DNA of 64,000 nt, taken from contig RHPI01002533.1 of the NCBI GenBank assembly GCA_009103225.1, positions 276,841 through 340,840 of the forward strand, given 5' to 3'. Below are positions 23,265-34,943 of the stretch, piece by piece. This stretch comes from Chlorokybus atmophyticus (lineage: Eukaryota; Plantae; Mesostigma and Chlorokybus algae). Positions within the stretch are counted from its first letter, which is position 1, and every line of letters starts with the position of its first letter. Both the position numbers and the translations under genes were made by a program. A model generated the notes under the pieces. It searched no databases, was not told the DNA's origin, and was given only the letters and a program-made list of their open reading frames with translations.

Positions 23265-24174
23265 TCATTGCAACGAGTCACTAGAGTCACTGGGTTTACT
23301 AGGAGGGTCGCGAGTAGGGAAAATTCCATTACAAGTTGGTGTGAGACTGGTACTGGGCGTTGCACCAGGTGCAGGGACTTCGGAGCCAGTAAACACACTC
23401 CAGCGTGCAGCAATATTGTTGTCGCACTCGATCACAACGCGCAGGCCAGCAGCGCCATAGATGCCCAAGTCAATGATAGTGCGAGTAGGAAGAGGCGCAT
23501 CAGGAGGCGAGGGAGTGTTCTCATGCACGGAGACTGCCACATACACACCGGTTTGTACAGTAGCTGCAATCGCAATGGGTGCCTGATGAACAATTCCACG
23601 AGTTGAAAGCTCCCAATTGCATAATTGGACCTGATAAACAAGCTTACAAGTTAACTCGCATGTTGCATCGCATTCATTCATAAACGTGCGCCAGAAGTTG
23701 ATGCAAATGCATAGGCAGCGCCTCTATTGTTATGGACATGAACTGGACACGCATTCAGGCAGTAGCATGGCATGACATGCACGGCATGTAACGCGCAAGG
23801 GTGTTGCATGGTAGCAATCAGAGCTGTGCATATATATAGGCGTTCCTATCATAGCAGGACAAACATATGCACACTACACAGGCAAACTCAACCCAAATCG
23901 CACACAAGGCATACGCATGTACAAACAATGCGCAACAGTATGGCACATGCATAGTGGCATGCATAGTCAGCAGCATGCAGAGTGACATAGCGCACGCAAC
24001 TCACACCATGAATAGCGAGAAAGATACCTGATGATAGCGAGCATCGCCAGAGTCCACATAGCCGTTCCACGGTTGTGTCAAGACCTGACCTAGTCCCACT
24101 AATCGCCGCCCGACTGCGAGGAGCGCCTGCGTTAGAGCCTTATTCATGGTGCGCATGGGTACAGGGGGGTCCAT
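23265..24174 (-). CDS. Predicted two-exon 170-aa protein of unknown function
   Basis: ATG 24174; exon 1 to 24028 (49 codons, CAG|GTATCT); intron 23631-24027; exon 2 23630-23265 (ATCAG|GTC) in frame to TGA; no disablements. Confidence 0.55.
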
Positions 24175-24691
24175 TGTTGCAGCACAACTACCAGCATGCA
24201 TTGGATGTTTGGGTTAGGGTTACTTATGGTTTTGGGGTAAGCCACACAGACACCGTCCTCGGATATGGACGATTTCATCGGAAATAGAGAATGTAATTCC
24301 GCTTGGTTTGTATGGACCAATAAACATAGAGTTCATTTTGGCAATCAACGTTTCGACAAAAGGCAATTTCCACGGCAAATGCTCGTGCGGCCTATTGCGG
24401 TCGGAGCAAGCGGAGACGCGACTGGTGTCCGACTAGCACAATTGCTGATGTGGATTTTCCGAACGATCATTGCATTCCATTGATTGCAGGGATTTCCGCA
24501 CCACGAAATTTGCACTGATTGTCCCACAGCACCTGCGTACTTGCTGGTTTTGTTGGCGGCGGCGGCGCTGTGGCGAGGTGAGCGAGCGTTGTCAGCTGTC
24601 TTGTCGCACTGCTTTTGTAGTGGTTGCATGCTGGGTCACTTCGTTGCAATTAGCAAATACAGCATGGTGTTGTGCCGCTAGCATTTTGGAC

Positions 24692-25290
24692 TGCCATTTG
24701 CCTGCTAGCTTGCTGTTAGGCTTACCTTTGTCGTGTTCAGCTGGCAAGAAGCTGAAGAATCTTCTACTCTACAAGGTACTGGGTGTTTGGCCTGCAATGT
24801 GCCTGTTTGACAAATTCACAAGCACATGTTTGTGCATGCACATGCCATTTGCCTGCTAGCTTGCTGTTAGGCTTATCTTTGTCGTGTTCAGCTGGCAAGA
24901 AGCTGAAGCAGCCTCTACTTTACAAGGTACTGGGTGTTTGGCTTGCAGTGAGCATGTTTGACAAGTTCACAAGCACATGTTTGTGCATGCACATGCCATT
25001 TGCCTGCTAGCTTGCTGTTAGGCTTACCTTTGTCGTGTTCAGCTGGAAAGAAGCTGAAGCAGCTTCGACTCTACAAGGTACTGGGTGTTTGGCTTGCTGG
25101 GTGCCTGTTCGACAAGTTCACAAGCACATGTTGTGCATGCACATGCCATTTGCCTGCTAGCTTGCTGTTAGGCTTACCTTTCTCGTGTTTAGCTGGAAAG
25201 AAGCTGAAGAAGCTTCTATTCTACAAGGTACTGGGTGTTTGGTTTGCTGGGTGCCTGTTTGACAAGTTTACAAGCACGCCTTTGTGCAAG
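24692..25290. repeat. Four ~151-bp tandem units in the presumed 5' intron of the TnpA-like gene
   Basis: Unit starts TGCCATTTGCCTGCTAGC at 24692, 24843, 24994, 25144. Confidence 0.93.
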
Positions 25291-25470
25291 CAGCTTAGAG
25301 ACACTTTTTTTGCAAGGTACATGGTTTGCTTGCTGTGACAAGTCAACAACCACGTCCACATGGCTTACAACCTGCAGTCACTTGAGTCAACCAAGACTGA
25401 AGGTTGATTAGGGTTGCGGTTGCAACTGACTTGTAAAGCAAGCTTGATCTATCTACAGGAGGGCATCATC

Positions 25471-27977
25471 ATGTCAGGCACCACGTCGGGTGGGCGGTCC
25501 AGCAACCGCAGCGAAGGATGGGAGAATTTGGACGAAGAGATATGGGGGAAGAATGCTGGTGGTCCTTCTGATGAGCAGCTGCAGCATGAGTGGGACACCA
25601 GTGAGGCGACTGTTCACCTGCGTGATCTTGAGACCACAACAATGATCTGCTTAAAAGTGAGCTTATGCATCAAGCATCCGTAATCAATGTCAGACCTTGC
25701 TGCCAAAGTCTGTTTCGTCCCATGTTGTACTAGTGCACCAATGTAAACTATGCAGGCACTGAAGGTCCTACATTGGCGTGGGAAGCATCATGCCCGTGAT
25801 CGTCGCAAGGTCACCAAGCTGATCGACAAAGGGCGGATTTGCTACGAGTACTGTCGCATGATGCCGGGGAAGACTCAAACGAAGCAGGACCCATTCAAGT
25901 TCGCTCTTACAACTAAATGCTGGCATCTGCTGAATCCAGAGCTCTCCTATCAAATGGTTGGCAATTTCCCACAGTTACATGAGCCGTCATGTAATATGGC
26001 AGCATTGTCTGAGCTGGGAGGAGTTTGCTTTGCATGTGTTGGCCTTCACAACTTCTTCATTGGTGGGTAGGCGCGTTTGAAGATTCAACAGTATCTGGGC
26101 AACAAAAAGGGATACAGCAACCCCAAGCACAAAGAGAAGCAGAAAGAAAAGAGTCGGAAGCGTTACAAGGGGATGATGGAGAAGGCTTTCGCGGGGGGCT
26201 TTGTGCCAAGGCGCAGGGGAGGGCCTAGCGACAAGAACAACAAGGTGTGTGTCATGTAGTGACTAAGGTGTTTGTGCGATGTGCATGTCATGAGTGCCTT
26301 TGCCATGTGCTTGATAGAAAGCCAACAAGAAGAAGCCCAAGAAGTCAAAAGAAGTGCAATCTGCCAGCGACGACGAGGATGCCACCTCAGAGGGTGACCT
26401 ACAATCTGTACAAAGTTGGCTTTGTCAATGTCGTGTTGAGAACGATGCTTTGTGTTTGATGGTGCCTTATGTATGCAGGTTGTGTGGTGTGTATAATGAC
26501 CCCTTGTAATTGCACGGCGCCCAAGCGTTCACATCCCGCCCGCGACGCCAGCGATGACAGAAATGGCACCTCGCAGCGTGAGCCGCGTCTTGCGCGCGCA
26601 GGCAGCTGCTGAAGTACTGTGTGTATATGTAGGCTTTTGTGATCGGTGCCTTGTGTATGCGCTAGGTAACAAGGAAGGCACTGCACCACAACCCTCAAGT
26701 TCTCCAGCTACTGGTTCACAGGTCAGATGCCGCTCCTGCTTGTACTTTGCTAAACATGTGTTCATGATCGTTCATGGCTGTTGTGTTCAGGCACGTGCCA
26801 AGCAGGGTGCTGATGTGCGTGACAGCAGCTCAGGGAAGCGCAAAGTGTCTGGTGAGGTACGCAGCATTGGACTTGATAGAGCGGCAATGCACTGAGTTGT
26901 GGCTCACCATCTGACTTCATGCTGTTGGCAGGAGGATGAGGTGTCAAGCCCCCCCAAAAAGAAAACAAACAAAACTGTTCGCTCGATACCGGCTCCCTAC
27001 AAGTCTCAGGAGGCAGGCCACTCGACTGGCAAGCAGGAGACGGTGTTGGAGAAGAAGAGCGGCAAGCAAAAGGAGGTATGAAAGCACCATGTACTTGATC
27101 TTATGGGCTTCTTGCGTTCTTCTGGCTGCACACAAACTGTCACCTGCGGCAGGCACGCATTCGTTGCGTGACGGTTGTAAGCTTGTTAACACGTCGTGTC
27201 ACCTTGTCGCGCAGGATGAGCCAACGTATTCAGAAATGCATAAGACAGGTAGATACGAGAACAGCGGTGAAGATGGTGCCAAGGACAGCGCCCCGGACAG
27301 CGAGGGGGACAGCCCCAACAACAGCGACAACGACTCGCAGAAGGCAGGTCGCTTCGCAAGCGCTGTATGAGAGATCACATCTGTGTATGTGTGTACCTCT
27401 TGATGTGTTTGTCACTTGCATGCGCAGGAAGAGCTGAGCGACAAGGACGACACCGCACCGACGATGAAGGTTGGCAGTGAAGTCCAACTGTTCATTAACG
27501 GGCGCAAAGAACCAGTAGGGGAGGCGCACGTAAGCGACATCAATCCTGTCAACAAGTTTCATGGCAAGAAGATTGGAGAGGGCAACATGGTGGTCCAGTT
27601 CAGCCGCAGTCTTCCCATCACTAGGACCAGACGTCCCGGACTAGGGGAAGAAGAGGTTGTGCCTCTGCCAATCAGCTTCAAGCGTGATGGGGTTGGAGTG
27701 CAAGTGACCCACTTGAAAGGTGAACGCGTTTGTGTGCATGCGATTGCATGAACAGTTTCAACATTGTGCAAGTCAGCCGAGTTCATGTGTGATTGATGTA
27801 TGCTCTGAGTGCGAGCCGGGTTTGTTGCTACTTTGGCTTGTTGGGTTGCTGAAGAGTATCAAGGTGAGGGAGCCAGCAAAGGAAGGCACAACCACACAGC
27901 GCGGGAGGGGCCGTGGGAAGGGCAGCCGGGGTGGGCGGGGTGGGCGCGGTGGGCGTGGTCGAGGCAGCAAGAAGTAG
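25471..27977 (+). CDS. CACTA ORF2/TnpA-like multi-exon protein with En/Spm Tnp1-like C-terminal domain and RGG tail
   Basis: Exons 25471-25656, 25756-25956, 26071-26244, 26318.. splice in frame with canonical sites; VGSEVQLFINGRKEPVGEAHVSDINPVNKFHGKKIGEGNMVVQF resembles the En/Spm Tnp1 C-terminal domain; ends RGRGRGKGSRGGRGGRGGRGRGSKK*. Confidence 0.7.
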
Positions 27978-28129
27978 GTAGCAGAGATACATTGTAGACA
28001 TCAGTGAATTTGTTGTTCGAGTCAGCTGCCATTCAACTGACATTGCTGTCCAAATTCACCGGCTGGACTGATTGCTATGTGCTATGTCACAGCTATGCTA
28101 TGTCACAGCTGTTGACGATAGCAAGATGC

Positions 28130-28680
28130 AGTGATTATTCAACCAAACTGTGAGTGAATAACCACTTATATGTAGGACTATGTGTGTGAGCAGAAGTGCT
28201 GTATTATTCAATTATCATTTGCGTGAAAAATCAACCAAAGGCAGCAGTGTTCAACCATACTATGGGTGAATAACCACTCATATATAGGACTATGTGTGAG
28301 AGCAGATATGCTGTATTATTCAATCACAAATCGTATGAATAATCACTCGCTAGTATGGTACATGTGCTGTTGAAACAGCTTTAATATGTGTGAACATTAA
28401 GCCAATATGCGTGTGAATAATTACCTATAAGGAGGACCTAGTGTGAGGGCAGGCGCTGTAAATATTTACGCACACAAAGTATGAATAATCACTTGGTGCC
28501 ATGGTACATCTCTAGGACCATGTATTCCTAAGAAGACTGGATATGCAGTTCTGTTGCGAGTGAATAACTACTCACATGTAGAAGGTTGTGTGCGAGATGG
28601 ATAACTACAATTGTTCATGACCAAAACGTGTGAATATCCATTGCTTGTATTCAGGGCATTTGGCCTGAATAATCAGCAAT
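28130..28680. repeat. CACTA subterminal repeats, motif TGAATAA(T/C)CACT in both orientations
   Basis: About 8 direct copies (e.g. 28154, 28266, ~28335, ~28480, ~28560) plus inverted copies (AGTGATTATTCA near 28131). Confidence 0.85.
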
Positions 28681-28740
28681 CGTAACAGCGACCTCTGAGT
28701 GTTGTTGTCATGCAGATCTTCAGCCGCTGGCTCTGCAGCT

Positions 28741-28768
28741 TCGCCTTGCAGATGAAGCTATAGTAGTG
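28741..28768 (-). repeat. CACTA right terminal inverted repeat (CACTACTATAGCTTCATCTGCAAGGCGA on minus); putative TSD TAA 28769-28771
   Basis: CACTACTA terminus at the exact boundary to pogo coding sequence. Confidence 0.8.
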
Positions 28769-30225
28769 TAATGTCTTGTTGCTGCTCGACAATCCTTCCA
28801 CGCATGCTTACAGGTTTGGGGTACCGGGCATGGAAAAAGGGTTCAAGACGCTGCAGGTGGACACTGGTAAAATGTCTATTTCTACCTCCCAATACAACCA
28901 GCAAAGTTCAACCTCTGGACGCAGGCATTATCGCTGCGTTCAAGGCCAGGTTTGTGTTGCTTCATTAACTGTTGTTGCGTCGCACTAGTCTGACACATTG
29001 TATAGTAACTCGCAGAACTGAGTGTCAATTCAGAACTTGTAGGAAAATCCCCCCCCGGGACCCCCTTTGTTTGTCAGAGGTTGTTATGCTTTCTCATTTT
29101 GTTTGTGACAAGTACAAGCGCAAGCTTGTTGCAGCAATACGACGCAGACCCAAGCATCGGCTTTTGCAAAGTTAAGGTGCAGTTGAAGGAGGCAGTCATA
29201 TGGTGTCGCGAGGCATATGGGCAGCTCACCGCACTCACCATTACGAATTGTTGGCACAAGAGTGGCATCACCCCTTCGGCTTGGCACGCGCCCACTCCCG
29301 ACTTTGACACACGAGAGCATGCTGTTGTGCAGGCGATCGGTGACATAATGCAGCGTCTTTCCATTCCATGTGCAGAGATGCATTCACCTGCTGAGTTCAT
29401 CCACGGTGATGACGCTCTTCCCACCAAAGCCGGACAGAGCGATGAGGACGTCCTCGAAAGCGTTAGAGCGGCAGAAGGGCCCGCCCCTGATGAGCCTGTT
29501 GAGGATAAATGTGAGAGGGTGGATTGCAATGTGTACTTGTGTATGGGTATGAGTAGGCACTAACAGTGGATGTGTTACAGATGATGAGGAGGAGGAAGAG
29601 TTGCCCCCGCGTGTCACAGTGGCAGATTGCATGAGGTGTCGCGAGGCATATGGGCAGCTCACCGCACTCACCATTACGAATTGTTGGCACAAGAGTGGCA
29701 TCACCCCTTCGGCTTGGCACGCGCCCACTCCCGACTTCGACACACGAGAGCATGCTGTTGTGCAGGCGATTGGTGACATAATGCAGCGTCTTTCCATTCC
29801 ATGTGCAGAGATGCTTTCACCTGCTGAGTTCATCCACGGTGATGACGCTCTTCCCACCAAAGCCGGACAGAGCGATGAGGACATCCTCGAAAGCGTTAGA
29901 GCGGCAGAAGGGCCCGCCCCTGATGAGCCTGTTGAGGATAAATGTGAGAGGGTGGATTGCAATGTGTACATGTGTATGGGTATGAGTAGGCACTAACAGT
30001 GGATGTGTTACAGATGATGATGAGGAGGAAGAGTTGCCCCCGCGTGTCACAGTGGCAGTTCTAGATGGTGTGGAGGCTTTCGTCGCCACCAATGATCGCC
30101 CTATCTCCGAGCATCATTAGCTCACATTACGGCAGCTGCGTAATGTGGTCATTGGGCATCATCTCTTTGATGTTGGCCTTCAAACCCGCATACAAGGCTT
30201 TTTCACTACGGATTCTTCTGTACAT
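28769..30225 (+). pseudogene. pogo/Tigger-type (DDE_1) transposase 3' remnant, truncated by the CACTA insertion
   Basis: NVLLLLDNPSTH, FLPPNTTSKVQPLDAGIIAAFKAR, TITNCWHKSGI, C-terminal QTRIQGFF. Confidence 0.88.
29202..30058. repeat. 433-bp-period tandem duplication within the pogo remnant
   Basis: 29202-29625 and 29635-30058 near-identical, joined by 9-bp filler ATTGCATGA. Confidence 0.95.
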
Positions 30226-30959
30226 GTTGCTAGCGCTGGTGGCACTGGCAATGAGCCCATTGTTGTAGAGTAGTGTTTTTAAACTTGATTGTGGTGCATA
30301 TACATGTGAGGATGGCCATGTAGATGCATGCGGTTTACTCATGCTCACACATATTGTTACACATGCACAAACATGTCAAACAAGTTGATATGTACACTTG
30401 CGCACGCGCGTGCGTGCACGGCGACACACATGCACATGAGCATTTATTCATCATATCAACAACACCGCGCATGCTATAACACAACGCATACTATAACGCA
30501 TATTGTAGCTTGTGTTATGAACTTGTTCACAACATACTCTGCACTCATGAGATTAAGGTTGTACATATGCTGTGCACTTGGTTTGTTAATGGCATATTTA
30601 TTCTTGTAAACGCACATGAGCTTTTTGGGCTAGACCCTCATTAGTAGAATACATATTTTGTAAACGACAAAAGAATATATATTCTTCTTAACGCCAAGAG
30701 AATAACCCCGTTGGTGGACTAGAAAGTTGAAAGATATATGGTATGTTTATAACAGGGGTGGACTGTACATGTGTACATGTGTATTGGGGCTAAAATGAAC
30801 CATGAACGGTCCCTCCCCCACGGACCAGGTAGTGCTGGCCCGCGGGGGACGTACGGACCATCCACGGTCCGCGGGGTCCATGAAAGGACTATACATGGTC
30901 CTCAAACGTCAATCCGTGCAATGGTGAGTTTCAATTCAATCTGCTCAGCGGGCATCGGC

Positions 30960-32965
30960 TGTCGTGATCGAGTGGGTGCCTCTTGCAGCCTTGCGTGCAA
31001 TGCCAAGAACAGCTGGACTGCCAACTCCAATACAGCAGGTTGCCGATAGGTTACCCCGAAGAGACAATCTCATCCTCCAGTTGTTGTTGTTTGGGCTTCG
31101 GAAGTGTGTGGTACTCTGGAGGTGAGATTGGCAGAATACGATCATCTCGGGCTACTCACGTGGTGCGTTGCCCCCCTATTCCATACGCAATGATTGTTGG
31201 TTCCATGTTGCGGAGCAGGGACATCCAGGCCCGCTTTGCTTGCGGTCCTCGTAGCACTTGTTGAATGACATCAAGGTATAGTGGTGGGGCGGGACGAATC
31301 ATTGATGGTGCGGCAATGGCGACCGCAGAAAGTGTGCCCATTGCAGAGGTGCGGCAGCATTAACCGCTGCAATGGTCGTGGCACCCGCAACAGTCATTGT
31401 GATAAAGGTAGCTGCTATGAGTGCAGCGGCAATTGTGACTGGTGCGACAGCCTCAGTCGTAGCAGGGGTAGTGCCGTCATTACCAACGAGTTCACCAGCC
31501 ACGGCTGCAGCGGTGTCGTTGCTTTTCTTCATTGGGGCCAGAGTGGTGCCATGTGTATCTGTACTAACTGCACTTGTTCGTGTGGTTGTCGACGGGGCCG
31601 TCGACGGCATCGTCCTAGCAGTGGTTGTGGCTGTTGATGCAGCCCCACTTGTGCCTTCCGACGATGCCGCTGTTGATGATGCGTCAGCTTCTCTGCACAC
31701 ATATCTTGTAAGCTGCACACGTGATGGCATGGGAGTGTCCTTCTCCCGTTTTATTGCCAGCAGTGCCTAGCGGGTAGAGTAGCAGGGGCTTTTGCTCCTT
31801 GGTGTCTTCCAATTGTGCCACGCGTGCCACCAGGGCTGCCACTTGGTCAACAGATTGTGGGTTGGTTGGTGCTTTGACAGCAGCAGCCCTAGCACGAGAA
31901 CATCCCTTAGGTTCTTTGCGTTGTGGAGGGCCGTTCTTCTCTCTGCACTCAGGCTCTTCTTTGCGAGCGCCGGGGTTGCTTTTGTTGTTGAGATTGTAAC
32001 CACCAACGTTGTTGCTGTTGTTGTAGCCAATAGAGGGCCGTAGCTCGGAGAACTTAAGCCAGCATACCGCCTCCGAGTGTCCTGTCTTGTGGCAATATTC
32101 GCACACAAGATTGCCATAGTCTTCAGTGCACTCCTTTTTGTAGTCTTATGCGGACCACACCAATCGCACAGCACTAAAGCAACAAGGGCAGCATGTGCCG
32201 ATTGTTTGCCCTTGCTGCGAGTGACTAGAGCATCCCGGCTACAGTTACGCCGAGGGGGCTCCGTACTTGTGCTTGCCATGGGCCGTGATGCGCTTCGGTT
32301 GGTGTCAACACTGCTTTCTCATACATTGCGCATTTGTAAATGGCTTGTGCAGTCTCAAGAGCTTCTTTAACGATGTAGTTGAGGGTCCTGCTGGCGTCCA
32401 GCGTGAAGGGCGTCGACTCACTCAAGGTGGGGTTCAACTCGGCCACGTACACCACTGCGGCTGCCTCCTTGCTGACAATTTTAGAATCAATGTCCTTACA
32501 AATCTTTCCAGCCACGAATACAGCCGGAGAGGGTCCTCGTGAGGCCTCCGCTAGAAGCGCCTCAACTCCTCCACCTTGCTGTTGGTTTCTGGTGGGAAGG
32601 TGCGCCGTAGTGCGGCGTAGAGGTCCTTGAGCGGAGAGTCAGTTATGGTAGCCCCAACGGTGATAGCTAGTGTGCGCAATGCCACCGACGCGAGGGTAAA
32701 GCCATTGCCTCTTGCTGGAACACGTGACTCCGGTGTTGCACCCATCTTCAAAGCTGCAGCTTGCTGCTCAGCTTGTTGCTCTTTGATGGTAGCGGCGGTC
32801 AAGTATCATGACACGTTGATTGGCCTTCTAGGCCTCAATCCCTGCAGGAGTTAGAGAGGCAACAACCAGCTCAGCTCTTTCGTCCTCTGCTTGTTGCATG
32901 TCTACCGTTAACGCCCAATCAGTGACCGAGGTTGGAGGGGCCACTATTGCCGGGGCAGCAGCTGC
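30960..32965 (-). pseudogene. Old Gypsy-like gag (3' part) with zinc knuckle, degenerate
   Basis: LRRTFPPETNSKVEELRRF, CEYCHKTGHSEAVC; continues from 40141-40460 once the nested Gypsy-A is removed. Confidence 0.65.
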
Positions 32966-32970
32966 TGGGC

Positions 32971-33647
32971 TATAACAATCAAGGCCAGATTTTGTGATTT
33001 TCATGGCCGTTTTAGGCCTTATTTGTAAGGTACATGTTTTTTATGACTTGTGGCGGATATCGGCGAGTTATGAGTCTGCCGCGGATATCGACCGGGGCCC
33101 CAAGACCAGTCCGGAAGGGCTCTTGCCAGAAAACGGAGGGCCAGTCGAGAAGGGCTCGACCAGATTTCTGGAAGGGCCTGGCGCCATGTAGTATAACTTG
33201 ACCATATGAGCAGCAAAGTAGGAGATCTTTGGTGTGTTGGAAAGGTCTAGAAGTGTACTACAAGATTCTGCAATTATATCTTAGCTTCTAGTTCCGTCTA
33301 GCGCTAGAATCGTCTAGACAGTAGCATGTGCAGACTGGTAGGTATAAAAGTGACATTCTACAATTTGCAATACAACCTTTAGCTCCCTAGTTTCTTGTGT
33401 GCAAGCTTGGTGGTGGCTAGAAGGGGCTGCTAGCGTGTGTCCACTGGTGTGTGCTTGCTTGTGTGACGATCCAAGGCGCTACACAAGTCGGTGTGTAGCT
33501 TCGAGCGCATGCGCGTGCGTACGCGAGTGGCGGGGCGCGCATGTGTGCTTGGCAGAGGGGGCAAGGTTCCGGTGTGAATACCGTGTCTTGGTGAGAGGGT
33601 TGTGGATTGGACCAACTCACAGGTGACAAGGCACGAGCACCGTCACA
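32971..33647 (+). repeat. Gypsy-A 5' LTR
   Basis: Ends GTCACA before PBS; matches 39479-40135. Confidence 0.93.
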
Positions 33648-33947
33648 ACTGGTATCGGAGCACGGTTTACGAAGGTGAGAGAGGAAGTGTGTGGGCGTTT
33701 ACACTTTTCATTCGGAAGCGGAGTGTAGTGTGTTAGTGGAGATGGAGGATGCTCGCTGGAAGAGCTTCGAGCTGCCACCTTAGCATTAAGAGAAGAGCTT
33801 CATCACACGCAAGCGGCGGCACAAGCACAACGCGAGGCATATGAGCATGCGATGGCGCGTGTATAAATTCCCATGGCATCAAGCTCGCGCGTGCATGTGA
33901 AGGTGCCAAAACCCAAGCCATTCAGGGGTTAATGTGATGGAGATGCA

Positions 33948-34943
33948 GTGGATGAATGGATTTTTCAAGTATCGTCTTGGTTGAAGCTCACGGAGGTGCC
34001 CACGCATCTGCACGTGGAGGTTGCAGCGACATTGCTTGAAGGTGCAGCACTTGTGTGGTGGAGGCATCGATGTACGCGTGTTGCAAACGGGTTGGCGCTA
34101 CCATTGACTACCATGGAAGAGTTGGCACTGGAGGTCAGGCATCAATTTGTTCCCGTTGAAAGCGTGAAGGCCGCACGCGACAAACTTGCCGCCCTTGTGC
34201 AAATGGGGTCGGCGATGGCGTACACGGCCGCGTTTCAGCGATTGGTGATATCCATACCCAATATGACCGAGGACGTGCAGCTGGACAGGTATACACGTGG
34301 GTTAAAACCTTTGGGGCGTAAAGAAGTGGAGCTACGGGACCGGAAGACACTCGCGGAGGCTATACGCATCGCGGAGCGTCTTGACGCGTTGTACTTCAAG
34401 TCCATCACAAGAAACACTGACTGGAGGCAAAGGCATGGTGATCAGCCCCGGGGAGGCTTTCAACATGCATGGAGACGAGGAGAACCAAGTTTAGCACTTG
34501 CCAATGGAGGTGGAGCTGACTCTGGGCCTGCACCAATGGAGGTGGGTGCCATACACACGCATGGAAGTGAGGCGAAGCACGGCGGACGTGGTGAACGAGG
34601 TAAAGGTGTGCGCAAGTGTTATGCGTGTGGGTCGACGGAGCATTTGGCGTACGGATGCCCCAAACGAAGCACGCAAAGGCCAACACCGGATGGCAACCCT
34701 CGCCGTGATCGTCGCGTCAACACCGTGGAGCAAAATGGCGTGGAGCAGGAAAACGACTTCCCCCAGTTGGTGAGGAGGCTGCTGCTGGGGATAGGAAGGA
34801 GGAGACCCTCATGCACGGACGGATGCTGTGACATTTCCATTCAAGAAGCAAGAGGAGATGGCTTTGAACGCACCAATGGTGGTGAGTTATGCAAACGAGG
34901 AGACAACAAAGTACTTTGGGCTTCGAGCACACATTTGCGATGA
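33948..34943 (+). CDS. Gypsy gag with CCHC knuckle
   Basis: AATLLEGAALVWW, ARDKLAALVQMGSAMAYTAAF, YTRGLK, PMEVG, CYACGSTEHLAYGC. Confidence 0.9.
   Translation: MDEWIFQVSSWLKLTEVPTHLHVEVAATLLEGAALVWWRHRCTRVANGLALPLTTMEELALEVRHQFVPVESVKAARDKLAALVQMGSAMAYTAAFQRLVISIPNMTEDVQLDRYTRGLKPLGRKEVELRDRKTLAEAIRIAERLDALYFKSITRNTDWRQRHGDQPRGGFQHAWRRGEPSLALANGGGADSGPAPMEVGAIHTHGSEAKHGGRGERGKGVRKCYACGSTEHLAYGCPKRSTQRPTPDGNPRRDRRVNTVEQNGVEQENDFPQLVRRLLLGIGRRRPSCTDGCCDISIQEARGDGFERTNGGELCKRGDNKVLWASSTHLR

Larger units (their letters stand above)
1..28768. mobile_element. Large multi-gene CACTA (En/Spm) DNA transposon, left end outside window, containing two nested Copia elements
   Basis: CACTA transposase at 1-3879, TnpA-like gene at 25471-27977, subterminal TGAATAAyCACT array at 28130-28680, terminus TAGTAGTG at 28761-28768 followed by TAA and an abrupt switch into pogo coding sequence. 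A shared ~60-bp intronic repeat family links both halves. The second TIR is not visible, so unity of the element is inferred. Confidence 0.78.

Noticed and set aside
21235-25290. CRISPR-like arrays
   Set aside because: Units are degenerate tandem repeats with no unique spacers, there are no cas genes, and the context is eukaryotic.
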